Positions 35,481-49,148 of a stretch of 64,000 bases of DNA are shown here, one piece after another. The DNA is from Yuukianura sp. NJ FZ-2021 (Eukaryota). Each line of letters starts with the position of its first letter. Within the stretch, counting starts at the first letter, position 1. The notes beneath the pieces were generated by a model. That model was not told where the DNA came from and made no database searches. It worked only from the letters and a program-made list of their open reading frames with translations. The DNA lies in assembly GCA_046563655.1 (NCBI GenBank), contig CM102286.1:3968001-4032000 (forward strand). Direction: 5' to 3'. The position numbers were made by a program, and so were the translations under genes.

Positions 35481-35613
35481 ATTTGCACGGTGTTGCAAAA
35501 AAAGAGAAACTTTTGCGGTTTTTTTTTGCGAGGAACGTAAAGTACGTCTACCCAGGCCGGGTTTCTAAGAATCACTGCGGGATTTCAAAATGGCGACCGA
35601 CGACATCGCAACG

Positions 35614-35747
35614 AGAACCTTCTAGAAGGTTCTAGAAAGACAGTGAACTTCTACTGCTTCTAAGCAGCGACTGCTATATGGAAAACAATGGAGACTGTTA
35701 CTGGCTATGATCGGTTTTCGATATAGCCGAACCTTCCAGAAAGTTCG
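35614..35747. promoter_or_regulatory. Two canonical heat-shock elements (HSF sites)
   Basis: 35614-35638 aGAAc-cTTCt-aGAAg-gTTCt-aGAAa (5 perfect alternating pentamers). 35728-35747 cGAAc-cTTCc-aGAAa-gTTCg (4 pentamers). Confidence 0.7.
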
Positions 35748-36312
35748 GAGGGGGACGAGGAGGGGGAGGGGGGAAGGGGTTAGGTAACCTGCCTCTGGAC
35801 AGTATAGCAATGCTCATCCATTGTTGTCCAAGTATTTGGTAGTACTTTTGTATGAAGTAAACAGTTATGTATAGTTCCATTCATTTGTTCTAAAAATAGC
35901 GGGAAAAAAACGAAATTACAACATTCCTGATTCACACCCAATCTACACACAACAAAAACGCAAAAATTTTGAAATTTGACAAAGCAGCATGCCATTGGCA
36001 AAATTTCGGTTGACATTTCGACTTAACAGTACACTCTCTGAAGTGAGTCCTTTGATAAATATGACACCAAGACATGACAAATTATCGTGTTCAGTTTGGC
36101 CTTACTTGATATCCGAACCTCTGACCTATTGCCTAATAAATTCTGACTCTGACTGTTTCAGATTCTTCTGCTCCGGCCAAGACGAATTGAATGTCCAGTT
36201 CCATTTTCTGGGGTCTGAAGATTGGTAGCGGAAATCTCAAAGGAACAAGATTTCAGCGTCAACTTTACAGTTTACAATACTCGAATCTGAGAACTTAGAT
36301 ACAAGGCATCTA

Positions 36313-36640
36313 TAGCAGGGAGAACAAAGAGATCGTAGCCATTCTCGGGAGGTAAGTTTCACTGAGTCACTGATGATGCTTTTTAGCGATATTAACTCAT
36401 TGCATTTTGTATTGTTTGATCTTATTATAGCGGTCTTATTGGAAAGTCTTGGGCAATGCTCTTTGCCTCTGGAGGTCATCAGGTCAGACTTTATGACACG
36501 GATCCCGTTGTAGTAAAGGCATTGACAGACATCCGGAACAAACTGGAAAAACTGGAGGAAGATGGGACACTCTGAAGAACTCGAAGGTGCTTTCATCAAA
36601 GATGCAATCCGAGCTCATTTCAAGTGGGGCCCACTTCCTT
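36313..36640 (+). pseudogene. CRYL1: Lambda-crystallin (CRYL1, L-gulonate 3-dehydrogenase) 5' fragment, truncated
   Basis: ENKEIVAILG|intron|SGLIGKSWAMLFASGGHQVRLYDTDP...LEEDGTL* is the CRYL1 Rossmann N-terminus. A premature TGA follows and no downstream exons appear before the UGT 3' end. Confidence 0.8.
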
Positions 36641-36773
36641 AACCCACACCTAACCTTTGGATTTCCCACCTTATTGCAGTGATGTTGGAGGCATTTAGTA
36701 AAAGGTATTATGGGTTTGTTGGATGGAGTTCAAGAGTTTGATTAATTGATGTTGTTAACAATGATTTATTGGT

Positions 36774-38661
36774 TTAGAAAAAGCATTTTCGACATATCCA
36801 AATCAAGGTCACTGGAATCACGATGTTGATAGCAGCAAGTACAACGAAAACGAAGAAGTAGATGTCCACATGCTCTCTCACCCAGTACGACTGGTCAAGG
36901 TCCATTTGCTTCAAAGGTGAAAGGTCATCGTGTCGCAACACAAATTCAACTGCGTCAACTGCAGTATTTACAGGACTTGGCCGGTCCCTGAACAGTTCTG
37001 ATCGCATCATGATGTTCTCTTTGTACCTTCATATAATTGGAAAGATTAGTAACTGTTGTGCGACTAAAATCATAAATTCCTTCGAATCTTACTTCGGGTT
37101 ATTTAAAATTTCAAATACAGCGCCATCAAGATCTGCCTGCGTCATCGTAACGATTTCTAACCGCACACCAATTTCATGTGCTTGAACACGGTAAGCATGG
37201 TAGTCTTGATCGCCGAACAGTGGTACTGCTATAATAGGAATTCCATTGTATGTTGCTTCCAGCATTCCGTTCATCCCGCAGTGCGACATAAACCCTCGAA
37301 CAGATTTTTCGCCTGAAATCGAACACATAAAATCCAGAGACAATTCATATTTTTGAAATTTTCCAAAACAAAAAAAAACGTACGCAGAATCTGTGCCTGG
37401 GGAAGCCACTTTTCGGACAGTAAATTGTTGGGGTTATTCGCTGCGAATAGTTAAAAATACATAAAAATTTTTGAATTGACTAAAATATTGTTTTTAAATT
37501 AATAGCATTTACGATTAAGTGGTCCGTTCCATCTCCAAATGAAGCCGACTTTGTTAAATTTATTCATCATGTTGAAAAACATTTTCAAATACTTCTCAGG
37601 AAGTTCGTTGACCTCAAGTGTGGATCCAAAAGAAATCAGAATCACTCCGTCTTCGAATGAATCCATGAATTTTTTGAAATGCTAGAAACAAATTCAATTA
37701 ACATTTGAATGCTCAAATTAAGGCGCTTCAAAATCGAAATTTACTTTAGGCAAATCTCCTTCAGGCTCCCAGACTTGCATTCCTCCAATCTGTAAAAATC
37801 AAAACTCATAAATTTTTGTGATTACGTTCTTATGTAGTAAACATAAAAAGCACATTTTTTCCAGCTTACGTTCACGAACTGTGGAGGAAGTGCTCGCGCA
37901 TGGTCAAATGAGTAGTGACTGTTGACCAGAACCAGTGAAGCATTTCGATTCAATTCAGTTAAAGTAGGAGCGTCGCTTAATGCAAATCGCTTTTTGTAAA
38001 TTTCCAGTAAACCTTGCTCCAATTTTTTCGAACTGTGGTAAGTCATTGTAGCATAAAAGTGAACTTTCAGACGGTCCCAGAAGTTCATGGGGTAGTGCAC
38101 GTATGAAACAAAGTCTGGAATCCAAGATGTCTGCAACTGAAGTCCGAAGGCGCCATGAAACCATGGCACAACAGTGGTGGAGTCAAAAATTACATACTTG
38201 GATCCAAGATGGTGAGCTATGTAGAAAGAACAGTCTCCGAAAATTGCATCGATGATAATCAAATCAAAATTTCCATTTTCCAGGATATTTGTAAATGCTG
38301 GATCATCCTTGGAGTTCAACAGCACCCGACAGAGGTCAAGTACTGATTGGTCGTAATTTGTAAATATTGTAATCTTCCCTTCTTCTCGGTCCTTGATTTT
38401 ATCGTAGTAGTAGTTCTTACGCATAGATTCTGCTATAAAAGTTGGAGCAAGGTCAACGACCTTTGTACTTGGTTTAGGCTGTTTTGGTGATGATGAGATG
38501 AAGGTCACGTTGTGACCTTTGTCACTTAAAGCCAATGCTAGTGGCCATATTGATAACTTGTGAGAGTAGTTCCCACCACCAAAGAGGAATAAGATGTTGG
38601 CACTGTTTACGTTTTGAAACAAGATTAGTAAAACAACAAACGCGCCAGGTCGGAGTAACAT
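36774..38661 (-). CDS. UDP-glucuronosyl/glucosyltransferase (copy A), 6 exons
   Basis: Signal peptide, ANILFL..NYSH, ISFGS, KWLPQAQIL, FMSHCGMNGMLEATYNGIPIIAVPLFGDQ signature, C-terminal TM helix and RKCFF tail. Confidence 0.93.
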
Positions 38662-39399
38662 ATTCGAAATTTTGAAAGTTTTCTTCACTTATTTGGAATT
38701 TCTCTAATCACTTTTACATTTTACACTTTTTTAGTTTTAATTTGCAACTGGAAGTAGTATAACATTAATGTAGTATTTTATCTATTGATACGAAACTGCA
38801 CTAGCCTTTGTTACATTCTGGATTGGCCAATTTTTTTTTGCTGGAATCAGTGCAATTATACCTCTCCGCTTCAGTGATTACTAGCTAAATTCGATTATAA
38901 AATGCGAGTAGTGTTTCACAGTGTCGACACTATAACTATAGTTAATGGAACACTAAAGGCATTTTTTCATTTAGTTTCAACTGTTTCACTAAATAATTTG
39001 TGAAAAATTTTTAAGCACTTCACAATAACTTGCTTTTTGCCTCACGCGTAAAGTAGTTTTTTTTTTTACAATTATTACTGAAACGTACCACTCTCGATGT
39101 TGAGCTCAATCGTCTATTAGTGTGTATTGACCTCTGATGATAGATTAAAAAATATTTGTCCGACCATGCTTCATATCTACTGTTGTTGCCCACTTTGAGG
39201 CATTAGTGACGCCTCGAGTAAAGGAAGTGGTGAATTCATTGTTTCGACTTTGTAACTTTTAGTCAAGGTTGGCACTTGTTTAAAAAACGATTCGACTGCT
39301 TTGAGAAGATTTTAATACCGCGATTCTCTAAACCAAAAAAGAAAGCTACTTTCTTCTTTATTGAGTCTTGTCACAAAATTATTCAGAATAGTCAATTGT

Positions 39400-41477
39400 T
39401 TAGAAGAAGCATTTTCGACATAGCCATATCAAGGTTGCGGGAATTAAAATGTTGATGGCTGTAAGTACAGCGAAAACAAAGAAGTAAACGTCTACGTGCT
39501 CTCGCACCCAAAATGATTGGTCCAAGTCTATTGGCTTCAGAGGTGATAGGTCATCATGACGTAAAACAAATTCAATTGCTTTTACCGCTGTTTCCACTGC
39601 ATTTGGTCTGAAAATTGCCGAACAAGTTACAGACATGGCCAGAAACGTTAGTGTTATTTCATGAAATGCGCAGGTTTTACATAGGTTCCTAAAATAATAA
39701 AAGTTACCTGTCCTTGAACAATGCGGATCGCGCCATCATGTTCTTCTTGTACCTGTAAACATTATTATATTCATTAGATAAAATTAGGCAAAATTTAATA
39801 AATAAATTAAAATAAAATTATAACTGTTTTGGAACGCATTCGGAACTCACTTCGAATTGTTCAAAATTTCCCAAACGGCTCCATCCAGTTCTCGTTGCGT
39901 CAATGTTGCTACTTCTATTCGCACACCAAGTTCATAAGCTTGAACTCTATAAGCCTGGAAGTCCTGATCTGCAAACAGTGGCATCGAAATGATCGGAACT
40001 CCATTGGACGTCGCCTCCAACATACTGTTAATTCCACCGTGGGACATCAACGCTCGAATGGATTTTTCGCCTGAGCAGAACAAATTTAAGTCATAAAGTT
40101 GTAAGCAAAGTCAGCACTGCGTAAAAATTTTGAAATGCTTACGGAGAATCTCCTTTTGTGGAAGCCATTTTTCGGAAAGTAAGTTTTTGGGGTTATTTGC
40201 TGAAAATTGAAAATGATCAACATTTAACTTTATCTTTTTTTTTTTTGCGAATTTAGTACCAAATTCCCATCACAAGTTAAATAAACCAAGCTTAGAAATT
40301 TAAAATGTTGTGTTTGGTCGTACGGTGAAGCGGTCCATCCCACCTCCAAATGAATCCAACTTTGTCAAATTTGTTCATCATGTTGAAGAACATGTTCAAA
40401 TATTCTTCAGAAATGCTGTTGAATTCAATAGTTGATCCAAAAGATATAAGAATGACTCCATCTTCATATGAATCCATAAATTTTTTGAAGTGCTACAAAA
40501 AGTTAACAACGTTTCAGTATAATCCAGTAAAAGTGAAAAAAAAAAAATCACCGAACTTACTGCTGGCAAAACACCTTCGGGTTCCCATATTTGCATTCCT
40601 CCAACCTAAAATTCAAAAAAAGTTAACAAAGAAGAAAAATGTGATCCCAAGGTCAGGCGAGGTCAAACACGGATTTTCTTAGTACCTCTACAAATAGCGG
40701 TGGGATTGACCGAGCAAAGTCCAACGAGTAGTGACAGTTGACCAGGACCAAGGAAGCATTGCGTTGAATTTCAGATAACGTCGGCGCTTCGGTCAATCCA
40801 AACCGACTTTTGTAAATTTCTTGTAAACGGGATTCGAAGTTTTGTGAATGATCGTAGTGCTTGTACGAGTAGTAGTGGACTTTGACACGATCCCAGAATG
40901 TCATGGGGTAATGTACTTTGGATACTAAGTCTGGAATCCATGACGAGTCCAGTTGGAGGCCAAACCTTCCATACATCCAAGTAAAGACAAAGCTTGAATC
41001 GAAGATGATATACTTGGCTCCAAGATGGTGAGCGACGAAGAAAGCGCAATCTCCATATACAATGTTGACCACAATCAAGTCGAACTTCCCATTTTCAATG
41101 ATGTCATTGAAAGCTGGATCGTCCTGAGAATTCATCATATTCTGACATAAACTGAGCGCTGATTCCTCATAATTCGAGAATATCCGCTCTATGCCGTCTT
41201 TTCTATCCTGGATTCGATCAACCTTGTAGATTTTCTCAGTGACCTTGGACATAAAGGCTGGAGTGATGTCAATGACCTTGGGACTTGGCTTAGGCTGTTT
41301 CGGTGATGACGAGATGAAGGTCACATTGTGACCTTGGTCACTCAAGGCCATAACGAGTGGCCATATGGACATTTTGTGTGAGTAGTTTGCCCCGCCAAAG
41401 AGAAACAAAATGTTGACGCCGTAAGCGCTTTGAAACAAAATCACCGGTAGAATGAGAAAAGACAGTAGACGAAACAT
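39400..41477 (-). CDS. UDP-glucuronosyl/glucosyltransferase (copy B, tandem paralog), 7 exons
   Basis: Same architecture as copy A, with KWLPQKEIL, LMSHGGINSMLEATSNGVPIISMPLFADQ, a TM helix and RKCFF. Confidence 0.93.
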
Positions 41478-42554
41478 CGTGAAAATTTTGCAATTATTTT
41501 ACAATTCTTAACTTGTTAAAACCTATTTTTCTGTTCTAACTTCAGTATATATACCGCAACAACGCGGATTGAGTACCACACTATCCGTTGGCATTCGAGT
41601 GCTTCGATTTTGGAATTAATCTTAGCTTTTTGTTGTTTTAGGCTTAAAATCAGTAAACGCACAATTTGAGTGCATTGTGTACATAGTTAGTATCTACTCC
41701 AGTAACTTTAGTACTTGAGAAATACGTGAGTTTTAGGAAGTATGGAGGCCGTATATGTATGAGCAAACGTTAATATTAAGTGACTAAGGTTTTGGTCAAG
41801 TTATCCTTGTATGTAATCGACGCCAAGCTAATCACACTTTCGATGACATAGCAATTGTAAGGATTCCAAACCAGAAAAATTGAGAACATAAGTGTCATAT
41901 CATTGGATAGGTCAACACAACTTGATATATCAATATTGCTGAAGAAGATGGATTCTTAACTTAGCAAGTGAAAACGATTTTTGGCCATAGAATTTACAGC
42001 ACTCCAGACATCGCGATTTTTGTCCTTTTTTCTTTTACGGAACGCTATGCTTATGCATAGCTTCCGCAAAAAAATGCATCACAAGATATCCGAATGTGTT
42101 GGTGAAACTTACGTTGTCGAAGTCGAGTACAATAATTCAAACCCGGGTAAATCCCAATCATACGAATTTTAACCACAGAAGGCACTTGGAAAAGTATTGG
42201 GTGGCGGAAAAGGAAAGCAGCATTCGTCCATACGGAATATCCATCAAGAAAAATCAGAGCAACGTCGATTCAGTTTCTACTTGCTTTTAGCTGCTGACGG
42301 TCCTTCTAATGCTAGGTTATGCTTAGTATGTGTATTATGCTTTTAGAATAATTTGTCAATTAGAGTAGCATCTTAATTTCCATTCCATTCATTCATTTCA
42401 ATTTATGAATTTACAGTAGTTTGCTAATGATTACTGCTGATAAATGACTTCCTTGAGCGCCATCGCGAGAGTTTTCAAAGTAACTCATCGCTCACGTGCC
42501 CGCTTCAGCGCCACGGTTTTGCATCTTTTGACTCTTGACTATTGGGTTGGTGTA

Positions 42555-42776
42555 AGGTTTAATGACCATAATTGAACCCACAGAGTAGGTAGCTCCACCT
42601 GCCATTTTTAGTGGCTACAATGGGTGGCTACATTGTGCGACAACTTATCTGTTTAGGTTCGTTAAGGTAAAATGATTACTTAAGTTGACATTCAGCTGTA
42701 GCCAGTTATTGTAGCCACTAAAATTGCGGAGTGACTACCACTACACTGTGCGGCTACAATGATGGTCGTTAATCCT
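42555..42776. mobile_element. MITE (222 bp), TA-flanked, same family as 11387-11601
   Basis: ta|AGGTTTAATGACCAT ... ATGGTCGTTAATCCT|ta, with internal inverted blocks TTTTAGTGGCTACAAT / ATTGTAGCCACTAAAA. Confidence 0.7.
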
Positions 42777-45047
42777 TATGTCAGCCGATTCAGGATTGAA
42801 TATTTCCACAGCAGATTATAAAATGTTTTTGTTTACGTTTTTTTAGCACTGCTTTTTAAATGAGGACATTGACACCTTAATCTTCAATGGTCAGGGCAGC
42901 GTTCAACCGAGCGACTACAAAAACACAGTATTGGTTCTTCTAATTGGCATTTTTATTCAATTAAACAATTGTTAACTTTGGTGTTCACGCCTCTTCCGGT
43001 TTCCTGGTTCATTATCAATCGGAAGGGGGATTTGCTTCGTGTTTGATGGTCATTGACTTCTTGCGCCAGCAGCTGAGAGTGGACATCGACACGAAATTTT
43101 ACAATTTCGTTTATGTTAATGTCATTGACAGGTACATCGTACAGCACTGATTCTACTAATTTGTCGTTTGTAAAAGAAAAATACTATCTTATTTGTATCG
43201 TCGTACTCGTAATCACCTAGTGTTGTACCTATGTTTTGGTGCGGAGCTTAATGTGCATTTTTACTGTTTGTATTGTTTTAGGAGCATGAGGTTATTATAA
43301 ACACGATTCAATTGACGACGGAATACACTACAACCCTCCGATGTAAAAGCTGTGGTGACTACTTATCTAAAAGAGTCTCCGGATCTGAACAAATTGTGTT
43401 CAATTTACTGCAAACGCTGTACGGTTGGTTCAGGACCATCAGATTCGAAGCAATTTTTATTAAAGCTACTATTTTGATTATTTCTTTTTCTCTTCTAGGG
43501 CACTTCCCACAAATAGTTGTTTTGTATTGGATTCTGGGATGTAACCATATTCCCGGTGCTGTTTCAAACGATTACAGATTGAAACCGAACAATTTTGCAT
43601 TGAAGTTTGTACAAATCAAATGTATCATGATGTTCAGCGTTACGAAACTAGTCAATCGTTTTCTGATGCCTCAATCGTCCTCAACGGGGTCCTGCAATCC
43701 ATTTGTTCGACTTTACACGAGCAAGCGACAGAGAGGTAAGTGAGTAACAATTTCTATACCCCTGTTTCCACATACACATTTGTTGAGGTAGATAATTTTT
43801 TAAGTAATCGTTACATTTCAGAGTTTTAATGATCATAATTATATTTGTCGTGTCAAGTTTTAGTAGGTTAGAAAAATTGAATAGGTTCAAATTGAACCAA
43901 TAGTGACATCCACAACTGGTCGGACGAGTTTACAACATGAAAATCGAAATCATCTTCCTAGTTGGTTTAAAAGCTTTGTTCCCTGCACTGCAGGGACCCT
44001 GCTGAATGTCGCAAGCTAAATTTGAAGCAAATTGAAGTTGGCGGAGTGATTTTGTAAGGATGCTCTTGTGGAATTTGGTACTTTTTGTCGTTTGAAATCT
44101 AAATTTCGTCAATCTAATCACATTATTCGGCTAGTGAGAGTTTAAGCGAGTGTATGGTATCTTAGGAAATCAATCTACGTTTCTAAGTAACGGTACTGTG
44201 GGAATTCTTTAATATTCTCAGGGTTAGGCTCATTTCTCATGTCCTGTCAGTCCTGTCAAAAGAATTTCGAAATGAAGATTAAGTCACGACATCACCTTGA
44301 CCTTGACTTATCTTTTCTTCCTTGTTTTATAGAGTTACTACAGTTGCCGTTTCAAACGCTACTTTACTTATGCTACCCGGTGTTGAATATTCCTATCTTA
44401 ATTTATATAATATAACATGTAAATGTAAGGCACGAGCGGACGGAAGACCGTGACAATAGATGGATGGACAGGACATTACCAATCTCTGATGCCACTTAAA
44501 TTGAGAGGGGGGTGACACTTGGGTTGTCTGTTTCCTCTTACGCTTGTTCCGATACAAAAATCAGCTACAGAACATTAATATGCACAAGATTCAAGCTATA
44601 TCAGAATCCCCAGAAGTGCCTTTGGCGTTATAACATTGTAAGTAGCCTGTGTAAAAATGTTGATGAACTGTGACTAGATTAGGATATCATCAGTACCGCA
44701 TCGTGGATGGCGGGATGGACCCCACGCTAAATTTTTGGAAGTACTCTGGGCCCAATGTTAGGTTTCTTAGTCAGTGTAACTTTGGGGCTTCGTCCAGACT
44801 CATTGCAAAGAAAGCTGCCAATAATTCAATACTTTGTCGCGTGTGAGTTAAATTGAATAGTTTGGGCGAAAGTTATTGATTACAAATTTTGGAATTGAAC
44901 AAAACTTAATTTTCCGTTTTGATTTTTCCAGAATTCACAGGAGGGTTAGCGGTACAGAGCAAAAATCTTGGAGTTGCTGAGAGTCACTGGACTGAAGAAG
45001 TCGCCATTGTTTCACTTCGACGTGCCGGAGTACATTCGAATCAGAAG

Positions 45048-45916
45048 ATGAGCTACTTTGTTATCGGAGTGAGTGGAGTAACATGTGGAGGAAAGACGAC
45101 AATGTCCAAATTACTTCAACGTTCTTTCCCTTGGTCTCGAATTATTCATCAAGACAAGTATTTCTACCCGGAAGACTATCCAGGCCATCACCGACTTCCT
45201 GAAATTAATAATCACATTAACTTTGACCGATGGTCAGCCATGGACATGGATCAGATGCATAGGGATGTTGAGAAAATATTATGGTCGTCGCCTGAATTGA
45301 ACGGCCATAATCGAATAATTGGAAATGGTGAGATTGCTCCAAATTTTGGTGAGGGTGTGGAACTTCTACGAAATCTTCAAGACATCGGTAAGCTAACCAA
45401 CAGCAGACTTTTACTGTTTATGTGACATTTTAGAAATTTCATTACTGAAGTTTAGTTGTTTTTCATTGCAGAGCTCAATACTTCCAAGTATTCACATATT
45501 CCAATCCTCATCATTGAGGGATTTATCATGTTTGAATCAGAAGATTTGTACGACAAATGTGATGTTCGATTCTTTCTGACTCTCGATGAAGAGACTTGCC
45601 GTCGACGGCGGAGTTTGCGTGTATTTGATCCGCCTGATGGTGAGGGATACTTTGATCACTGGTGAGTCACTTTTTTCATGATTGTGTGTACACCACAAAT
45701 ACAAGATAACGTTTTACAATGTGTATTTTCATTTACAGTATTTGGCCAGAGTATCAAAAACACCACAAGCATTACATTCACAAACGCAAAGGAATCAATG
45801 TTATTAGCGGCAAAAGACACATTGGAAACATCTGGAAGGAAAGCGTTGAACACATCATGCAAAAAATAGACGAAAAATATGCTTATGCATTGGACACTGC
45901 AAAGGAGAAGTTATAG
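45048..45916 (+). CDS. NMRK1: Nicotinamide riboside kinase (NMRK1-like), 3 coding exons
   Basis: VIGVSGVTCGGKTT P-loop, IHQDKYF, ILIIEGF, CRRRRSLRVFDPPDGEGYFD, IWPEY. Confidence 0.88.
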
Positions 45917-46705
45917 ACTCAAGCAATACACGCCGACCTCGTGAATTTTTATTTTTTAATACCAAATCGAAGCCAAATTTCCGTAAATTTAATAGAATGT
46001 ACGTTGGAAATGTATTTACACACCATGAACAATCAAAATCAACAAACGGATAGAAACAAACGTGTTGAAAAATAACGTCTACGTCAGTTGAAGACTTAAA
46101 AGAACAAACTCTTATATTATAATTAGACTCCATTTATTTTCACATAGACAGAAGTCGGTACATGACATAAAATATGACATGATTTCTTTAATAAAAACCA
46201 GGGCTCTCTGATCACAAAAGCGCAGCTAAAGCAAAAAACGCAAATTTTTCAATTAAAATGCATTTCCATACATTCGTTTTTTAGTAGCTGTGTCTAGATG
46301 CGTGAGAAAAAAAAATTGCAATTGAATTTAGCTGACTGTTGAAACTTTTAGTACACAGGTTTATGACTTTTTATGCCATAGTTTACAATTGCAACGTCAA
46401 GATGCACAAAAATTGAATTCCATTGAGTTTTGAGTACACAGCGTCAGTTTAACATGATTTTCTACATGCGTTTTCATCATGGCTTGCTGTGCGTTCTTAC
46501 TGTATGGGTATAAAATGTATTGCTAACGGTCTAAATCTGTTGCATTTACTAGTAAAGCGGAGATTATTAATCTAATCAGTTACGACTATTGTTGTGTGAC
46601 CTTTGGCTTGAGTCAACTAGTAGGTTACTAATTTACCTTAACTAACTTGACTAAAGCAAACAAACCTTTGACCTTGCCCGCGTCTACTTTTGATCACTAG
46701 CCATC

Positions 46706-48582
46706 ATGTTCAAAGCTTTTTATCAACTTGTACATGGAACTCGTCGAACAGCAATTCATGCAAGCCACTTCAGGAAGTCTTTTTCACAGCAAATCCTACC
46801 ACAAGTTGAAAATTCACCTTCATTTCAAAATTTTAGACTTTGCAGCTCACATACTCCGTTTTTTCGAAAGGCTTGGCAGTTGCAACCCACTTTTTGTCAG
46901 TTAGAAAGAAAACTACGCGTTGTTCCATTTAGAACGAAGACAGATTTCAAGATGACTACCAAGGACGACATCGTGAACTTCCCGGAGCATCTTAGCTTTG
47001 GCCCAAATGAAGTAATTGTTGTAACGGGTAAGTCGAAAATGCTGAATAAGCTGAATTTTATGCTGGTTTGGCATTATCTTAATTGTTTCTCATGATTTTT
47101 ATAGGAGGCAGCGGATTCCTAGGTCAGCATATCGTTCGAGTCATCCAGGAAAGAGCAGAGGGCATCAAGGAAATCAGAATTGTGGATGTTGTTGCTTACC
47201 AGAAAAAATTAGGTAAAACATGCAATTAAAACCAATTGAAACTTAAAGCTCGAACTGAAAATAGCAACTTCAGCTAGCAAAAATAGTTTGCAAATGACAC
47301 ATTCGCAACACTGCGAATTATTGCTACTTTTATGGTTTATGAGTGCGTTGCGCTGTAGATTTTTATTGTAAATATTTTTGTTCCTTGGAATTCCTAATCT
47401 ATTTAGAATGAAATCTAACTTTTGATTCGATTTTTTTTGCAGAATTCGAGGAAAAGTTTCCAATTGTGTTCTACCGAGGTGACGTTTGCATTGAAGAGCA
47501 ACTTGACAGTTCATTTGAAGGCGCCACTTGCGTCATTCACACTGCAGGGATTGTTAGCGTCGGACACTATGTCGATCGTGAACACATGAGAAGTGTCAAT
47601 GTCATAGGTACAATCAATTTACAAAAACAACTTGTGACTAATGACAATTTTTGTTAATGTTGACTAAAATTGGTTCCAGGAACATCCAATGTTTTGTTCA
47701 AGTGTCGCCAATGGAACATCTCCACGGTGGTTCTAACCAGCACTGTGGACGCCATTGTTCAAAGAAATTCGGAATTCCACAACGTGACTGAAAGCGTCAC
47801 CGAACTCCCTGTGGATGAAGACAAGTTTTTGATGGGCTACTATGGATATACCAAAGCCCAAGCTGAGGCTCAAGTCATTTCTGCAAGAACTCAGAAACTT
47901 AACAATGGTTCGCATTTGAATTGTTTTCACTTTGTTTTTGAATATTGTGTGACCAACGGATTTTTTTCTTCTAGGAAATCCACTTCGAACTGCAATTTTG
48001 CGACCGACTGTCATGTACGGTGAATTGGATCCATACTGCATTCCAGTTGCAATGAAAGTAGCCAAATCCAGTGGAGGATTCCTTGGTTCTCCAGCAATTT
48101 ATTTCATGGAAGAACCAGAATACCAAGCCACTTATGCTGGAAACGTTGCTTGGGCTCATTTGCTCGTTGCCTGGAACCTATTGCAAGAGCCAAAACAGCC
48201 TGACGCTATTACCAATGGAGAGCTGGATGGAGAAGCATTTTATGTGACGGATGACACCAAACCTGTGTTGATCTACAACTTTCTGAAGCCATTTCTGAAG
48301 TTGAAGGGATACGGAATCCGCTCACTTCCAATTCCACTGTTCGTGATCTCGGGTATGCTCTGGATGATAAACTTTTTCGTCAGAAATCTTTTTCCTGTGG
48401 CCTGGAAGAAACGCCTCAACCAGTATCCAAGTATCCCGACTTACGAAGCATTCCGTATGGGTCATTCACAGATGACCTTCAGCCGAAAGAAGTTGAAGGA
48501 CAGTGTTCACTACAAACCCATTTATACTGAACGGGAAGCCAAGACCAATTGCGCACAATACTACAAAGAAGTCCCAATTTAA
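46706..48582 (+). CDS. 3-beta-hydroxysteroid dehydrogenase/isomerase-like extended SDR; 5 exons
   Basis: VVTG|GSGFLGQHI, VIHTAGIV, VNVIGTSNV, LTST, YGYTKAQAE (YxxxK), LRPTVMYGE, YAGNVAWAH, GEAFYVTDDT. An alternative start MTTKDD lies at ~46952. Confidence 0.9.
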
Positions 48583-49148
48583 ATTTCAACATGTAAATGT
48601 ACATAATTTGTCGCTTCAATTTCCATTTCAAAATCTTTTTTCTTTTACATTTCAAAATTCCAATTTCAATATTTTGCGATACCCTTCAGAAAATTGTGTT
48701 CTACTACATGTCAAAGGCATCTGTTTCCCTCCCGAAGACAAAAAATGCTATCAGGAAGCCTGTGTTAATATGAAATAAACTACAAGCGAATCAGTATTGA
48801 CTAAAATGAGGCAGACTAAACTAATTTTAGTCTTAATTTCTGCATTGATTCGATGGGAATAATTATTTAGCATGATTGAGTTTTCATTCTGTCACAAATG
48901 CCTTCTTTATCATTGACTTTTGTACTGTTAAAAGTGTCTGAAACATTTTTTGTAATGGTATATTAGTTTGGTACTGGTAGTTGTTAGACAGACGCTTCGT
49001 GTTGCATTTAGTTACTAAAATTAGAAGCTAAAACTCTCTGATGAAGTTTCAAGGTCTAGGCAGCTTTTCTAACAGTGTGGTTTTCAAGTCGGTTTAGGAG
49101 ATACATTTTCCATTGTCAAAAGTAAGCACATCACATCTAACAGTAAAA

